Assembly (NCBI GenBank): GCA_951406725.2
Contig: OX597814.1
Coordinates: 132,680,001-132,744,000 of the forward strand
Origin: Octopus vulgaris
Taxonomy: Eukaryota
Direction of reading: 5' to 3'
DNA: 64,000 nucleotides
In this document: positions 41,230 to 54,800 of the stretch, one piece after another
Layout: every line of letters starts with the position of its first letter
Numbering within the stretch: position 1 is the stretch's first letter
Notes under the pieces: generated by a model
Told to the model about the DNA's origin: nothing
The model's input: only the letters and a program-made list of their open reading frames with translations
Databases searched by the model: none
Translations under genes and position numbers: made by a program

Positions 41230-43400
41230 TCCAGAAATTTAGATTTTCAAATTTTGCTTATGTTGGACAGTCTACAGATCGCTAAATTACTCATGGTTAT
41301 TTATATGATAATATTATGGTAAAAGTATTTTTAGCGCAATATAAGACAGAAATGTTATAGTCAATGCACCAGACGTAATAACATTAATGGCTCTGAAATA
41401 AATGCAATTAGTATTTCAAACCTCTTCAAAATGTTGAAAACGGCGCAACTCATTTGGAAAATATTGTCTTTTTTATTTTCAACGCACTTTCTCATCCACC
41501 CATATTGTTTTCTTTTCTTTATTTACGACCCTCTCATACTTTAGACATCCTTTATTTTCTTCATCTATAATACTGTTTTGATTTCTGATTTTAAAACAAC
41601 TCTCAAAGTAGGGACAACATCAAATTGGTGATCGAAATATACGCATTCATTTAACTCTCAAATATCCCACAGCATCTATTTGTAATGAGATACTATTTCA
41701 GGGCACATAACACTTTAATCAGCTGGTGTTATAGATTATTTAACATGTTGAATGCCAACGCAGTCATGAATATTTGTGTGACAGAAATCGGCTGCACTAG
41801 GCATACTTTCATATGTTAGTCACTATATCTATCACTATTTCAGTTCTAATTACTTCATATATTATTTGATGGATATCTCACACCTGTTATAGAATATACA
41901 AGTAAATACAAACACGTCGTTCGAATTATTGTCTTCAGAGATTTTGCGCTGGTTCCCGCTGGCGTTTTGACTCTGATAATCTGATGTAGTATGAGGCGGC
42001 ATGCATTCAAGATTGCCCACTGATGCAATACTGTTGTTTCATTCCAACGTCTACTTGTATCAAGTTAATTTTAGTTCTAACCCCTTCCTCAAGTTCACTG
42101 GTGTCCAATTAAGATCCTGGTTTACGTATATCTCAGGTGGAAACTTCATGACATAATTTAACTTGCATAATCATCGACTGCAAAATATAGCTCACATGGG
42201 GACATTTTAGTCTTCTTCGTTCAATAAAATGTCCTTACACGTGACATAAAAGATATCTCAGGTAGAGCATTAGTGAAGAGGCACCTACACTTGCTTGGCT
42301 GCAGTTAAGTAATTTGGTTTTAAATTTGTAATGAAGAATGTGCAATAGTTCTGTATAGTAAAATATTTAAAGAATTATAGAAGAGTTTCTTTTGGTTTCA
42401 TTTTTATAGCTGTATAGATCGCTTCCAACTCTTTGCTATTCTAGTAAATAATTTCATTCGGAAAAGTTTAATCGATAAACATAATGTAACAGACATAGTT
42501 GGAAGCAAAGAAAAAACAAATTAACTAATTATCAGATTATATAAGGTGCAGATAAATAGTAAGCTCCTAGTGTATTAAATTTTCGACCTTGCTAATAATG
42601 GTAATCATGAAAGTTGTTTAATAATTTTTGATGGTTTTATTTCACAATGAATCAGCATATTTATTCTAAGTTTTCAATGTTCCTGAATCATTCTGTTTTC
42701 CATTTATATGTGCTTCCTTTTCAGTTCCTATATTTTCTTTTCTCTCACTTTCCATTTTTCTATTACTGATGCCGGAATTCTCTCGTTACATCGATATTCT
42801 CTATCTTTCTTCTATTTAGTCAGTCCTTAAGCTAATACTTCAATGTTAAAATAATTTCTGTACAATTAATTCGTTTAATTATGGGTAGTTGAACAAAAAA
42901 TTCATTTATTATTTTTGTTTTCCGCTTTCGTATTTTCATCTGCGATATAAGTTGTTGTTATTTTGTTTCGTTGTTTAGTTTTTGATTCCCTTTTTTTAGT
43001 GGCAGAGAAACATGGAGAAAACAATGCTATTAATACGTGTGGCAAACAGATTCATTGAAATTAAACATCTTTTACTTGTACACGCAGCATATATTGACAT
43101 ATGCACGGTAGAGTATGTACATATTTATGACAATTTGTGCACTTGCGTCTTGTAAGCGCGTTTTCCTCAAGAGGATTTTTTGAGAGATCTAGTCATTTTG
43201 ATTACTCTTTCCCAAAGCTATTGTTGCAAGGAAAAGCCTCGACAACGTGACAAAAATCTTAAACTAATACTTAGATGTTATTTTGCGCATATTTTTCTTA
43301 TTAAACGTAAGGAATTATGAACGTTCACAACAAAGAAACTTTCATTAAACTGTTCTTTGCATCATATGTTACCATGGAAATAGGCTTAGGCTTAACTCAC

Positions 43401-43440
43401 CTGAAGCTAGAAGGAAAATGTCTGAGAAACTTTATCTCTG
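43401..43440 (-). other. Candidate 40-nt exon (phase 1-2), xEIKFLRHFPSSF
   Basis: Acceptor ttttcttgttaatttcag, donor CAG|gtgagt, one open frame. Confidence 0.35.
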
Positions 43441-44350
43441 CTGAAATTAACAAGAAAACCGATTGTATATTCCATAACGAATAAGTTACTCTCAGTTTTC
43501 TCGCACGTTCTGTATATAAGAAGTATATAAGTAATAAGAGTAGAAGCAATAAGCGTCCTCAACAGTAAGAGAGATTGCTTAATTATACTATTATTCACTT
43601 AATTTTCTCGGACGAATTGGTAAATACAATAGTAAATCATTATATGGAAATAATTAAAATACAATTGTGGATCATGAGAGAAAGAAAGAAAGAAAGAAAG
43701 GAAGAAATAAATAAATAAGAAAGGAAGAAATAAATAAATAAATAAGAAAGAAAGAAAGGAAGAAAGAAGAAAAGAAATAAGAAAAGAAAGAAATCATCTG
43801 GGTACAGTATCACACATTACCATTTCAGTGGCTTCGCTCCTGTTCAAAGTGGGAGTAATTAAGCATTTCATTTTACACTTTATACTAAGTATATTAGGAC
43901 TGTTATACACTGATGTATTAAGAGTAGTTTCCTCAGCCTGATTGTTATAATTGCATTTCGACCCTTGTAGCACCCGGCTTTAGACCCCTGTTACATTCAG
44001 TAATGTTCTCAGAATTTGGAACCGAAATATTTATTAAATCTATAGAAGCATATTGTTCTCATTCCGTTGTCCATGCCGAGTGATATTCTCTCTAGGAATT
44101 CCACAACTTGTGACGCAGCTGGTTTGTTACGCTGAAACCAGGGTACATGTAGCTTAACTAATCCAAGACTTTGACTAACGCTTGCTTGCTAATTAACCTA
44201 CTTTACTTTACATTTAATCAATGCGTATATTTGTGTCTCATTTAGTTAGAGAAAATAACATTCTTATGGCTTAATGTTCTTTCTTTCATAATTAAAGGCT
44301 CCCTTCTTAGCAGCGTTCATTTCTGCGCTCTGCTAAGACCTAAGAAGAAT

Positions 44351-44693
44351 TCTGAGCCCGCTTCGGTCATGACACAGTCCATGGGATTGCACCTAAAAAG
44401 TTACCCTCCCAGGCCCAAGTCCGGGCAAGGTTGTTTTATGGAAGAGCAGCAGTCGCCCATGCATACCGGCCTCCCCTCTCCACGCCACCAGTGTTATCCA
44501 AGGGAAAGGCAAAGGGGCCGATACAGCTTGGCACCTGTGACATCGCAACTCACTTCTACAGCTGAATGAACTGGAGCAACGGGAAATAGAGTGTCTAGCT
44601 CAAGAACACAACACGCAGCCCGGTCCGGGATTCGAGCTCACAATCTCACGATCGTAAGCTCGACGTTCTAACCCCTGAGCCATGCGCCTTCAC
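44351..44693 (-). mobile_element. tRNA-derived SINE, family C, full length
   Basis: Head gaaggcgcatggctcagg..gagctcgaatccc on minus; TSD taagaagaat (44341-44350 / 44695-44704); closely matches 48857-49192. Confidence 0.9.
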
Positions 44694-45233
44694 TTAAGAA
44701 GAATATAAAGGCAAGATCAGCTGCTGTCATAAAGTAAGGCCAAAAGGATAACAGGAATCCGTTATCTGCGGTGAAATAGAAAAAAACAGTCGCGGTCGAT
44801 CATTTTTGAAAAGGAAAGGAAATAATCGCATTCAACACAATAGCCAAGGAATGAATGACGCTGAAAGACAAGGCGACTAAGAGGATATGCTCATATTCTG
44901 GTCTTTGATAATCTACTCAGTTTGCAAGCTTTGTTGTTGTGGTTGTTGTTAAGCTCCAGATTGGCTCTGATCGGGATTGCTCGATGATTACAAGTGTTCC
45001 AATCGTGACCATCCTGTACGCTAAAACTATATTGTCGAATTTTTCATTTATATTTTAATACTTTTTGGCAGTGATTGTAATAGATTTCGTCCATAATTTT
45101 AACCAGGCTAGAAGTCATTTGATTGAATGGATTATTTCCCCCATCACCTGCAGCCCCAGTTTCTATATGACAAGCTTACAAGTGCAGCCGCCGTTGAAAA
45201 GCTGTATCTTGTTTACATTACAAGGCCAAAATA

Positions 45234-45352
45234 TACTACTACTACTAATACTAATACTACTACCACCACCACCACCAACAACAACAACTACTACTACTAC
45301 TACTAATACTATCACCACCACCACCACCACCACCACCACCACCACCACCACC

Positions 45353-45400
<48 letters not shown>

Positions 45401-45430
45401 GCTACTGCTACTACTACTACTACTACTACA
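45234..45430. repeat. (CTA)n/(CCA)n/(CAA)n microsatellite
   Basis: Direct reading. Confidence 0.95.
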
Positions 45431-45949
45431 ATGGATGGTTTTTATAAGGAACAATTGAATACGTGATGATTATCTGAACATTGGTGAATGTTATTTACGA
45501 TTGTTGAAGTAACTGAATGTCGAACGTGTCATGATTGTTCTTAACATGAAATATTTTTATTTGTATCCTTTTTTTTTTTTAATATGAAAAACGAAAAAAT
45601 TTACCATGGCTCTGCTTTTATTGTTTAATGAATGTCCTAGCTGTATAATGAAACTCTGAGGTAGACTGGTGAAAAGTAAATTAACAAAACTTGCATATCG
45701 GTCACGAGATATGGATCAGTCTCCTTTGGAAACACAAAGGTGTTGCGTGGTTACTGAACGGAAAAATAAAAGGAAAATGAAATACATCGCCAAAATTTAT
45801 TGATTGATAAAGGAAACCTAACACTTGATGAACACCCATCCGCATATTCATATGTACATAGATATCCGTGTCTCTGTTTTGTGTTAACGTGTTATTTATT
45901 GTTTGCTCTCTCTCGAGGAAAATACAAAAATTAGCACGCATACACACAA

Positions 45950-45980
<31 letters not shown>

Positions 45981-46347
45981 CGTGTGGCAGACGTTTGTAA
46001 AAGCCAGTTATGAATAATTGTATTGTTTAACTAGATAATTTCCTCATAGGTAAAGATTTCTTACTCGTTGATATCTCTAAAATTATAGTAAAGGAACGGT
46101 AACCATAGTATTTAAAAATGCTAAACACCATCTAATTGGTTGTAATTTTCTTGGTGTCATGGCTGAAGGCCTTGGTCTCGGAGTTGTCTGTTATGTCAAT
46201 GATATAGAGCTAACAGAAATCCCATTCAAAAAGACCCAACACAACAAATCGTTCATTCAGAGCCAACACAACAGCTCATTCTGCTATTACTATCCCTGAA
46301 ATATGCAGCACGATCACACACATTTGACAAGCAGAGGTTGTAAGAAT

Positions 46348-46427
<80 letters not shown>

Positions 46428-46430
46428 TTC

Positions 46431-46527
<97 letters not shown>

Positions 46528-46973
46528 GTATATGGAGGCGCAATGGCCCAGTGGTTAGGGCAGCGGACTCGCGGTCGTAGGATCAACTGAGTTCAATTGA
46601 AGTGCACTAGTACTTAGGTATACGACTAAGTAAATCACCTGAATATAAGCAGTACTTCTAATAATAACTAGTAAGTACGGAAGGGTAATTTATAATTTAT
46701 AATACCAAGTGTTTGCAGGAGCTACAGATAATGGAATCCATCTTATTTTAACTACACGACATCGCTACAAAATAAAATGAGGCCAAACTATTCATTTTGT
46801 CTTCATTGCTGCATTGAAACAATCGCATCTCCTTTGGCATTAAACAATGACAAAATATTTCTGCTTTTTCGAAGTTGTTAATGTAAATGAGTAGGAATTG
46901 TTAGGAATCATGTTGCAAATATAGAAGTAAATAATGAAAAAGCGTTTCTAGAAAAATGTATATCATAATATAT

Positions 46974-48266
46974 AGGAGAAGTGTTCAATAAAGATTTCCT
47001 CTGACCCACTTCCAGTTACTGCAGGAAACGGAATATGCAGAGGTATAATTAATTATAAATGTTTCTACATGTCACATTGTAAATTACAGCTTTCCACTTG
47101 TATTCGTTTGTCTTTTACGGCTGCTGAAATGGAATAATGTGTTATAATAGAGACAGCTGAATGCTGATTAGTGATCGGGTTCTTATACTTGAAAGGTCGT
47201 ACACCAAAAGTGACTTTCGATGAGATGAAAGAAGTTTATGGTGTGATGCACCATCATATAAGGTAGTCAAGCACTGATATAGCCAGTTCAAACGTGGTTG
47301 GACATCGGTGGAAACTGTAACTATTCCTGGACAACCACATTCTGCCATTGATGACGACACCATTCATGAAGTGGAAGCTGCCATTCTGGAGGATCACCAT
47401 ATAACTATTCGGTAACTAGCCCAAGCAGTGAAGATAAGTATAGGATACGTGGAAAAAATCATTCACGACCACTTGCATATGGTGAAGTTGTGTACACGGT
47501 GATTATCCTGATGCTCACACCTTTTCAGAAGTAGGAACGAATCGATTGCTCCCAAGCTCTTTTTAGCAATGTGCCAAGAAAACGAGGACATTTTCGGCAG
47601 ACTTACCACACAGGATGAAACATGGTCCATCACCATGATCCTGAAACTAAAGTTCAGTCGAAGCAATGGGAACATGATAACTCACCACCTCCAAAGAAGG
47701 CTCGTGTCCAACCCTCTGCAGGCAAGGTGATACTCACAGTCTTTTGAGACCAGCGCGGAGTAGTAAAGATGGGTGATTTTCTGGCAAAGGACACCACAAT
47801 TAACAATATATATTATGCTTCTCTGCTGCGGAAATTGCGTGACGCCATCAAAGCAGAGAGGTGTGGCATGCTGACCAAAGGAGTCCGCCTCCTCCAAGAC
47901 AACACTCCAGTTCACAATGCGCATGTTGCCCCAGATGACAGCACACTCCTGCGGTTAGAAAATCCTTCTTAATCCTCCTTACTCTCCCGACCTTGCACCA
48001 TCTGACTTCCATCTCTTTCCATCTATGAAGTCTTTTTTTAAGGGGTGAGGACATTTTTCGGATAATGATGAACTTATTTCCGAGGTGTAGACTTGGCTCC
48101 AGACGCAAACTACCGACGACCTCTTCACAGCTGCATAAAGCAATGAGAGAAGTGTGTCACTATTGGTGGTGGCCATGTAGAGGAGGACTAATAAATATGC
48201 TAAGTTTCGTTTATCCCAGTCCTTGAGAAGTGGATCAGGGAAACATCTTTAACGAACAACCCACGT
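46974..48266 (+). mobile_element. Decayed mariner (DD34D) transposon
   Basis: Imperfect TIRs (tgttcaataaagatttcctctgacccacttc / gaagtggatcagggaaacatctttaacgaaca); TQDETWSI, LLQDNTPVH, PPYSPDLAPSDFHLF; spacing is 34 after correcting one frameshift. Confidence 0.9.
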
Positions 48267-48519
48267 ACGTCACGAAATATACACTTTACAATAAATCACA
48301 CACACATACACGCGCGCGTACATACACACGCGCGCTCACATACACACACACATATGCACACGTGCGCACACACTATGCAATCTAAATTATACGTTTAAAA
48401 GTGATAGATAACTGAATGATTGAAAAGAATCGCCTCTGAGGGATCAACCATGTCTTTTTCATATAATGGACGATTGCGTTGCAGCTTATGCTAAAACCTT
48501 TCTGAACGACTTAATCTCA

Positions 48520-48705
48520 AATTAGCATTGTCTGCCGTTACGTTCTGAGTTCAAATTCCGCCGAGGTCGACTTTTCCTTTCATCCTTTCGGGGTCTATTA
48601 AATAAGTACCAGTTACACACTGGGGTTGATGTAATCGACTTAATTCCTTTGTCTTCCTTGTTTGTCCCCTCTATGTTTAGCCCTCTGTGGGAAATAAAGA
48701 AATAA
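48520..48705 (+). mobile_element. Family A SINE (5'-truncated)
   Basis: Near-identical to 5820-5988. Confidence 0.88.
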
Positions 48706-48856
48706 ATATTTATTTCCTCTCGACTCTCACAACGGTCGTATTATCGCAGCGAATTAACCGCCAACCAAAAGATCAATGTAATGTTGTCTAATATTCCTGA
48801 TGTGACCACTCCACTGCTGGTTAAGATGCTGCGAAAATGCTTACGACAATCCGATA

Positions 48857-49192
48857 GTGACCCCCTTCGGTCAGACACTGACCATGGGTTTGCACCTAGT
48901 GAGTTACTCTCTGAGGCACAAGTCTGGGCAAGGTTGTTTCATGGAAGACCAGCAGTCACCCATGCATACCGACCTCCCCTCTCCACGTCACCGATGTTGT
49001 CCAAGGGAAAGGCAAAGGCTGATACAGCTTGGCACCTGTGACGTCGCAACTCATTTCTACAGCTGAGTGAACTGGAGCAACGTGAAATAAAGTGTCTTGC
49101 TCAAGAACACAACACGCAGCCCGGTCCGGGATTCGAGCTCACAACCCTCACGATCGTAAGCTCGACGCTCTAACCACTGAGCCACGCGCCTT
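48857..49192 (-). mobile_element. tRNA-derived SINE, family C, full length
   Basis: TSD caatccgata (48847-48856 / 49193-49202); matches 44351-44693. Confidence 0.9.
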
Positions 49193-49419
49193 CAATCCGA
49201 TATATGACAGGTAATTGGTGTGAATCCCCTAGGCAGTTCTATTCAATTTTTCAGACTTTTGTCAAATTTTGTCGTCTGTTGTTGGTCTGTCGGAGAAAAC
49301 TGCATCACTATGATAGAGCCGCAGTAGATCGTCAAAGAATGGGATAAAGTCTACTTCTCTCTCAACCCAAACAGTCGACCGATGTGACATTGAAAAGCTA
49401 CACACAGTTACCTGAAATG

Positions 49420-49800
49420 AAGTAGCACGCATCTCTCCCGGTGTCTCTGCCACCCAGAACAAGGGAACGGCTTTCGTTCCCTCTTGCCTTAGAGCATTCA
49501 CCCTAGCTCTGACAATGAAACTTATGTGTTTAGCGTTAAAAAGTAGACCAATGTCCTGTCTCGCCGCCACCACATTAGTCACAACGCTTTTCCTCAGCGC
49601 CTCTTCTCCTTTACTAACTAGCTTTTCATCTATTCTAAAGTCCTTTTCCGCTATTTCTAAACTTTATCGAAATTTAAACTAAAAGACCATTTTAGAGCTA
49701 GTGACAAGCAGTGTTTGAGTATTCATATCATCAATGCCTGTTTAACTAGATCCATAACCAGGTCTCTATAAACTAAGCGTGCAGAAAACGACACGTTCAT
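49420..49800 (-). mobile_element. Degenerate L1/Tx1 ORF2 linker fragment
   Basis: VVAARQDIGLLFNAKHISFIVRARVNALRQEGTKA resembles the region between endonuclease and RT in Tx1-type LINEs. Confidence 0.4.
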
Positions 49801-49944
49801 TTCCATTAAATGTGTCACTGTTTATGCAGCCTATCTAGGTCGACTGCAAAAATCACATATTTGTGCTGTGTGTAGTCGGCCAATTCGAATTGTAGACGCC
49901 CTCTACAACACATATTTGCTATCCTACACAATATCCTGTTTATA

Positions 49945-51322
49945 TAGTGTGTACCAAAATAATCTGACACATTTCGAGGCTTAATAAAAGCACAAAATAA
50001 GAAATAATGAAAAGAAACATTTTAAATGTATTTATATATTTAAAAATATTGTTATATTTCGGAATGGTCATTTTGCCAGTTTAGCCAATAAAAAATCTTG
50101 CACAACAAATATTTAAACGTACTATATTTAAAAAGTTTTATCTTTATTTATTTTCAGAATATCCTTATGAACTGGACTGGCGAGCATCGCGCATTCATTG
50201 TTGAAGCATTTTCCAAAAGCAACGAATCGGTAACTGCAACACAAAGTGCATTCCGTTTGCACTTTAAGCTCAAAAGACATGATCATCTACCTACTCGTAA
50301 CACAATCTTCTTATGGGCTGCCAAATTTAGAGCAATTGGGTCAACATTAAAAAGAAAATCACCAGGCTGCCCAAGGTCCGCCAGAACTCCGGCAACTATC
50401 GATGTGGTAAATGCCCCAATTCAGCAATCTCCGAAACGTTCGGCACGAAGACACGCCAATCTCTCGGTCTTTTGAAAAGCAGTTTGAGTAGAATTCTTCG
50501 CAAGAATTTGAAAATGCATCCATACAAAATGATGCTGGTACAAGAACTCAGTGAGACAGATTATGAAAATCGCAGATTATTGTGCACAGAAAAACAACAA
50601 CATCTCCCACGCACCGCTTTTGTAAATTTTAGTGATGAAGCACATTTTCACTTGTGGAAATGTCAACAAGCAAAATTTCCGTTATTGGTCGCAAACCAAC
50701 GAAAGTAAGTTTCAAGAACGCCCCTTGCATAGTCCTCATGTAACCGTATGGTGTGCTTTATCAGTTTGGCATTTGGGGGCCTATACTTTTTTGAAAACGA
50801 AAATGGTAGAGTGACTGTTATTTCTGAGCGATATTGTGTGTTGCTAAACACATTTTTAAGAACCAAATTGGATGAAATTAAAGACAGAAATAAAACAGGA
50901 TGGAGCAACGACGTATACTTCCAGACGTTCATTTGGAATTTTAAGGGAGTTGTTCCCTGATCATTTGATTTATTTGCGCGGTGATCTTGGTTGGCCTGCA
51001 AGATCTCCTGATTTGAACCCGTGTGATTTCTTCTTGTGGGGATATTTAAAATCAAAAGTATTCCGTCATCGCCCTCGATCTATTGATTAATTGTGTAGAA
51101 ATAGCAACCATTCCAGAAGAAATGATCCATAGAGTTATCGATAACTTTAATCAACGTCTCCAACAGTGTATTGACAATGATGGGAAGCCGATTTAATTTT
51201 TAAAACTTAATTAAATAAAATGGCATTATATGTACGTTCAGAAAATAAATTTTTTCTTTCCATTATTTCTTATTTTGTGCTTTTATTAAGACTCCAAATG
51301 TGTCAGATCATTTTGATGAGCT
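49945..51322 (+). mobile_element. Tc1/mariner DD41D (rosa/Visitor) transposon, frameshifted
   Basis: MNWTGEHRAFIVEAF.. HTH, HPYK, FSDEAHFH, QDGA...WPARSPDLNPCDFFLWGYLKSKV with 41 residues between the 2nd and 3rd Asp; ~70-bp TIRs. Confidence 0.9.
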
Positions 51323-51906
51323 GATAGTGTTTCTCCTTGTCAACAATGGCGCATTAGAAAAATGCAGCCAGTACTGTCTGACAGTTGAAAACATCTTAGC
51401 AACTTTCGATAACAGATACTTTTTAAAAGTACACCCCAGAAAAATTCACGAAGGGTGATACAAAACGGAACTAATAACCTCCCCACAACTCTAATCAGTT
51501 TCTTGGAAATTTCCTAGTATAAATCTTTAAAATACAGTTAAAACAATAAATTATACGAGCGTGTTGAAGTGCGTCTTTCCTATAACAAAAGAACAAGATA
51601 ATAAACAACAGCAACAATAATAGCGGTACTAATATTAATGCTAAGATTGTCAACTTAGAACCAGATATGTACAAGGCAGGCGTAATCTGTAAGACATACT
51701 AGTTATATATTGACTCAATACTTAGGAGAAACTGCACAAGAAATAGAAAACTTCAAAGGCGACGACGACTACACTAGGTTTAACACGAGTGAAGGAATAA
51801 CAGGGGCAGAGAATATGCCCATGAAATTAGACCAACTTGAACAAAATATGAATGGGATTCCTGTCAACTTCAGAGGATAGAAAGACGGCAACGCAAAATA
51901 GATATA

Positions 51907-51941
<35 letters not shown>

Positions 51942-52218
51942 ACAATTGAGGGTAAAATTAATTAATTAATCAATTTCAACAAGTGTTCAGTATGTAAAAG
52001 GACCATTTAAGGCGAATTCAAAATTTTACATTATATAATTAGGGCTTAGTAAAATAAATTACTTTGCCACATACTGAACTTAGTAGAAATAGCAGCCAAA
52101 AAGAATTTTCTTAGCATTTCTACTACTTAAAGAAAATTTCTCTCAGATAATGTTTACTCCAGACAGCCCACGAAGGTTTGGAGGTAAATACAGAAAAATA
52201 TCACAAGTACATAGATCG

Positions 52219-52280
52219 TTTGATACGTCAACGTTTCAAGATTAGCCAAACAAAATCAGCATTTCTATCGTCAGCTCAAA
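52219..52280 (-). ncRNA. Mirror-image hammerhead motif (1-nt deletion in stem I)
   Basis: Reverse complement of 52315-52377, with gacgta-tcaaa in place of gacgtactcaaa. Confidence 0.55.
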
Positions 52281-52314
52281 ATTTCTTAATTTCTTAATTT
52301 CTTAATTAAGACAT

Positions 52315-52377
52315 TTTGAGCTGACGATAGAAATGCTGATTTTGTTTGGCTAATCTTGAAACGTTGACGTACTCAAA
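52315..52377 (+). ncRNA. Type I hammerhead ribozyme motif
   Basis: tttgag-CTGACGA-[imperfect stem II]-GAAACGT-tg-ACGTA-ctcaaa: 6-bp stem I, intact core, ACGT/ACGT stem III, GUA triplet (cut after 52371). Confidence 0.7.
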
Positions 52378-52558
52378 CGATCTATGTACTTGTGATATTT
52401 TTCTGTATTTACCTCCAAACCTTCGTGGGCTGTCTGGAGTAAACATTATCTGAGAGAAATTTTCTTTAAGTAGTAGAAATGCTAAGAAAATTTTTTTTGG
52501 CTGCTATTTCTACTAAGTTCAGTATGTGGCAAAGTTATTTATTTTACTAAGCCCTAAT

Positions 52559-52730
<172 letters not shown>

Positions 52731-53164
52731 GTCTGACTGTCTGTCTGGCTGTATGTATTTATGTGTCTGAAATAAGATAATAAAAATACAAAACAAATGA
52801 CAGTCCCATGACATGTGTCACTTATTTCTCTACTGTCGGTAAATAAGCGAAACAAGGCAGTAGTCGGTGTAGTAGAAAAAGAGGTTTGCCTCAATGCAGA
52901 TAAACTAAAAGCGGACAAATAACTTGGTGAAAAGGACTGATAGAAGATACTTAGAAAAAAAAAAGAATCATTAAATCACTAGAAAGAAAATACGACGTGG
53001 AAAAAGAAAACAAAAGAATAAATGTAATTAAAGAACTGAAGCAAAAAGTGACAGCCAAGACACTTAGAGTAATATGACATAGAATAGAACAGTTCGGTTC
53101 CAGCAATGTAATCAGGGGATTGTTTGAAAGGTAGAAGATATAAGATTTGCTCTCGGCAGGTCAA

Positions 53165-53965
53165 GCAAATGGAAGTCTCCAGGAAAGGATAAAATCCCTA
53201 ACTTCTGGTTGAATGCCTTCCCAGAGAGCCATGGACTGCTAACATAACTTTACAATGATGTTTTGCAACACCCTAGTAGGATGCCTCCTTGGCTAGTTAA
53301 TGGGTTAACATTCCTGCTTCCAAAAAGTGAAGAAACAAATGAACCAAAAAACTATAGACCCATAACCTGCTTAACAACTATGTATAAAACACTAACATCT
53401 GTCCTGACGGAATATACCTATAGTTTTTTGACAGACAGCAGCATACTCCTAAGGAACAGAAAGGATGTAAACGTGGATCCTACGGTTGTAAAGATAAACT
53501 ACTCATCAATAAGATGATCTTAGAAGATTGTCACAAACGACACAAAAACTTATCAATAGCCTGGATATACTATAAAAAGGCTTTTGATAGCCTACCACAT
53601 AGGTGGATTAAGAAATGCCTAGAAATGTATAAGATAGCACCTACTCTGCGAAACTTTTTGTCTGTAAGTATGAGATCATAGAGAACCACACTAACTTTGA
53701 ACAGCGACAATGAATCTCTAAATGCTGGTGATGTAAAAATTTCATGTGGCATTTTCCAAGGTGACTCACTATCACCACTCCTCTTCTGTTTAGCCTTAAT
53801 ACCTCTCTCAAAACTGCTCAATGACGCGCAGTACGGATATAAAATGTTTGATAAAAATATAAATCATCTCATTTACTTGGATGATTTAAAGCTCTTTGCA
53901 AAAAATGACCAACAACTCAAGGGCTTACTAGCGATTGTCAAACAATTCAGTGATGACATCAGAAT
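53165..53965 (+). mobile_element. R4/Dong-like LINE reverse transcriptase fragment
   Basis: [47 protein letters not shown]; stops and a frameshift. Confidence 0.9.
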
Positions 53966-54039
53966 TATTAATTGCCTTTGCACAGCTATTTTTGCAGTCT
54001 TATGGTGTTTATGTTATATTAGTTTTTCAGCTGTATAAG

Positions 54040-54575
54040 GTCTCTACCACATTCTATACGTTGTATATAGACTTTCTACATCAGATTTTGGGCGGTGCAT
54101 CCTAAATCCTGTCATTATTTTTCTTGTTTTCCTATCTATTTTGGTTAGTTCAATTAGTGTCCAGTAGCTGTAACTTATAACTGGGACGGCTACAGTGTTA
54201 ATACCTATTATCTTGTTTTTAGTATTGAGCTCTCTTTTGAGCATTGAGCTACCTCGTCTATCGTATTCTTTCTTTATTTTCTCTTTCATTTGTGTGTGTG
54301 TTGCATCATATCTAGTTCATTGATTCCTAAATATTTGTATGTCTGGCTTTGGTCTAATTCTCATATTTCATTGGCTTTATCTAGTGTGATGTTGCTACTC
54401 TTAACTAGTTTTCCTCTTTTCGGGGCTGCTTTGGCACATTTTTCTAATTCAAATTTCATATCTATTTCTTTGGTAAATCCAGGTACTGTCTGTACTATGG
54501 TTTCCAACTGTTTATCATTTGTAGCGGTGACTGATTGCTTTACCGTAACATTTGTATCCGCATCCAGTTCTATTT
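54040..54575 (-). mobile_element. R4/Dong-like LINE fragment (RT C-terminal/thumb region), different subfamily
   Basis: NDKQLETI..MKFELEKCAK, TYKYLGI, ELNTKNKIIGINTVAVPVISYS, IDRKTRK; adjoins (TTA)n at 54580-54800. Confidence 0.85.
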
Positions 54576-54588
54576 AGCATTATTATTA

Positions 54589-54650
<62 letters not shown>

Positions 54651-54669
54651 GTTGTTGTTGTTTTTGTTG

Positions 54670-54701
<32 letters not shown>

Positions 54702-54723
54702 GTTGTTGTTGTTGTTTTTGTTG

Positions 54724-54800
<77 letters not shown>

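Noticed and set aside
45065-45466. Mucin-like Pro/Thr-rich ORF
   Set aside because: (CCA)n/(CTA)n microsatellite with no exon boundaries.
46974-51322. Active or domesticated transposases
   Set aside because: Both the mariner and DD41D copies have multiple frameshifts or stops.
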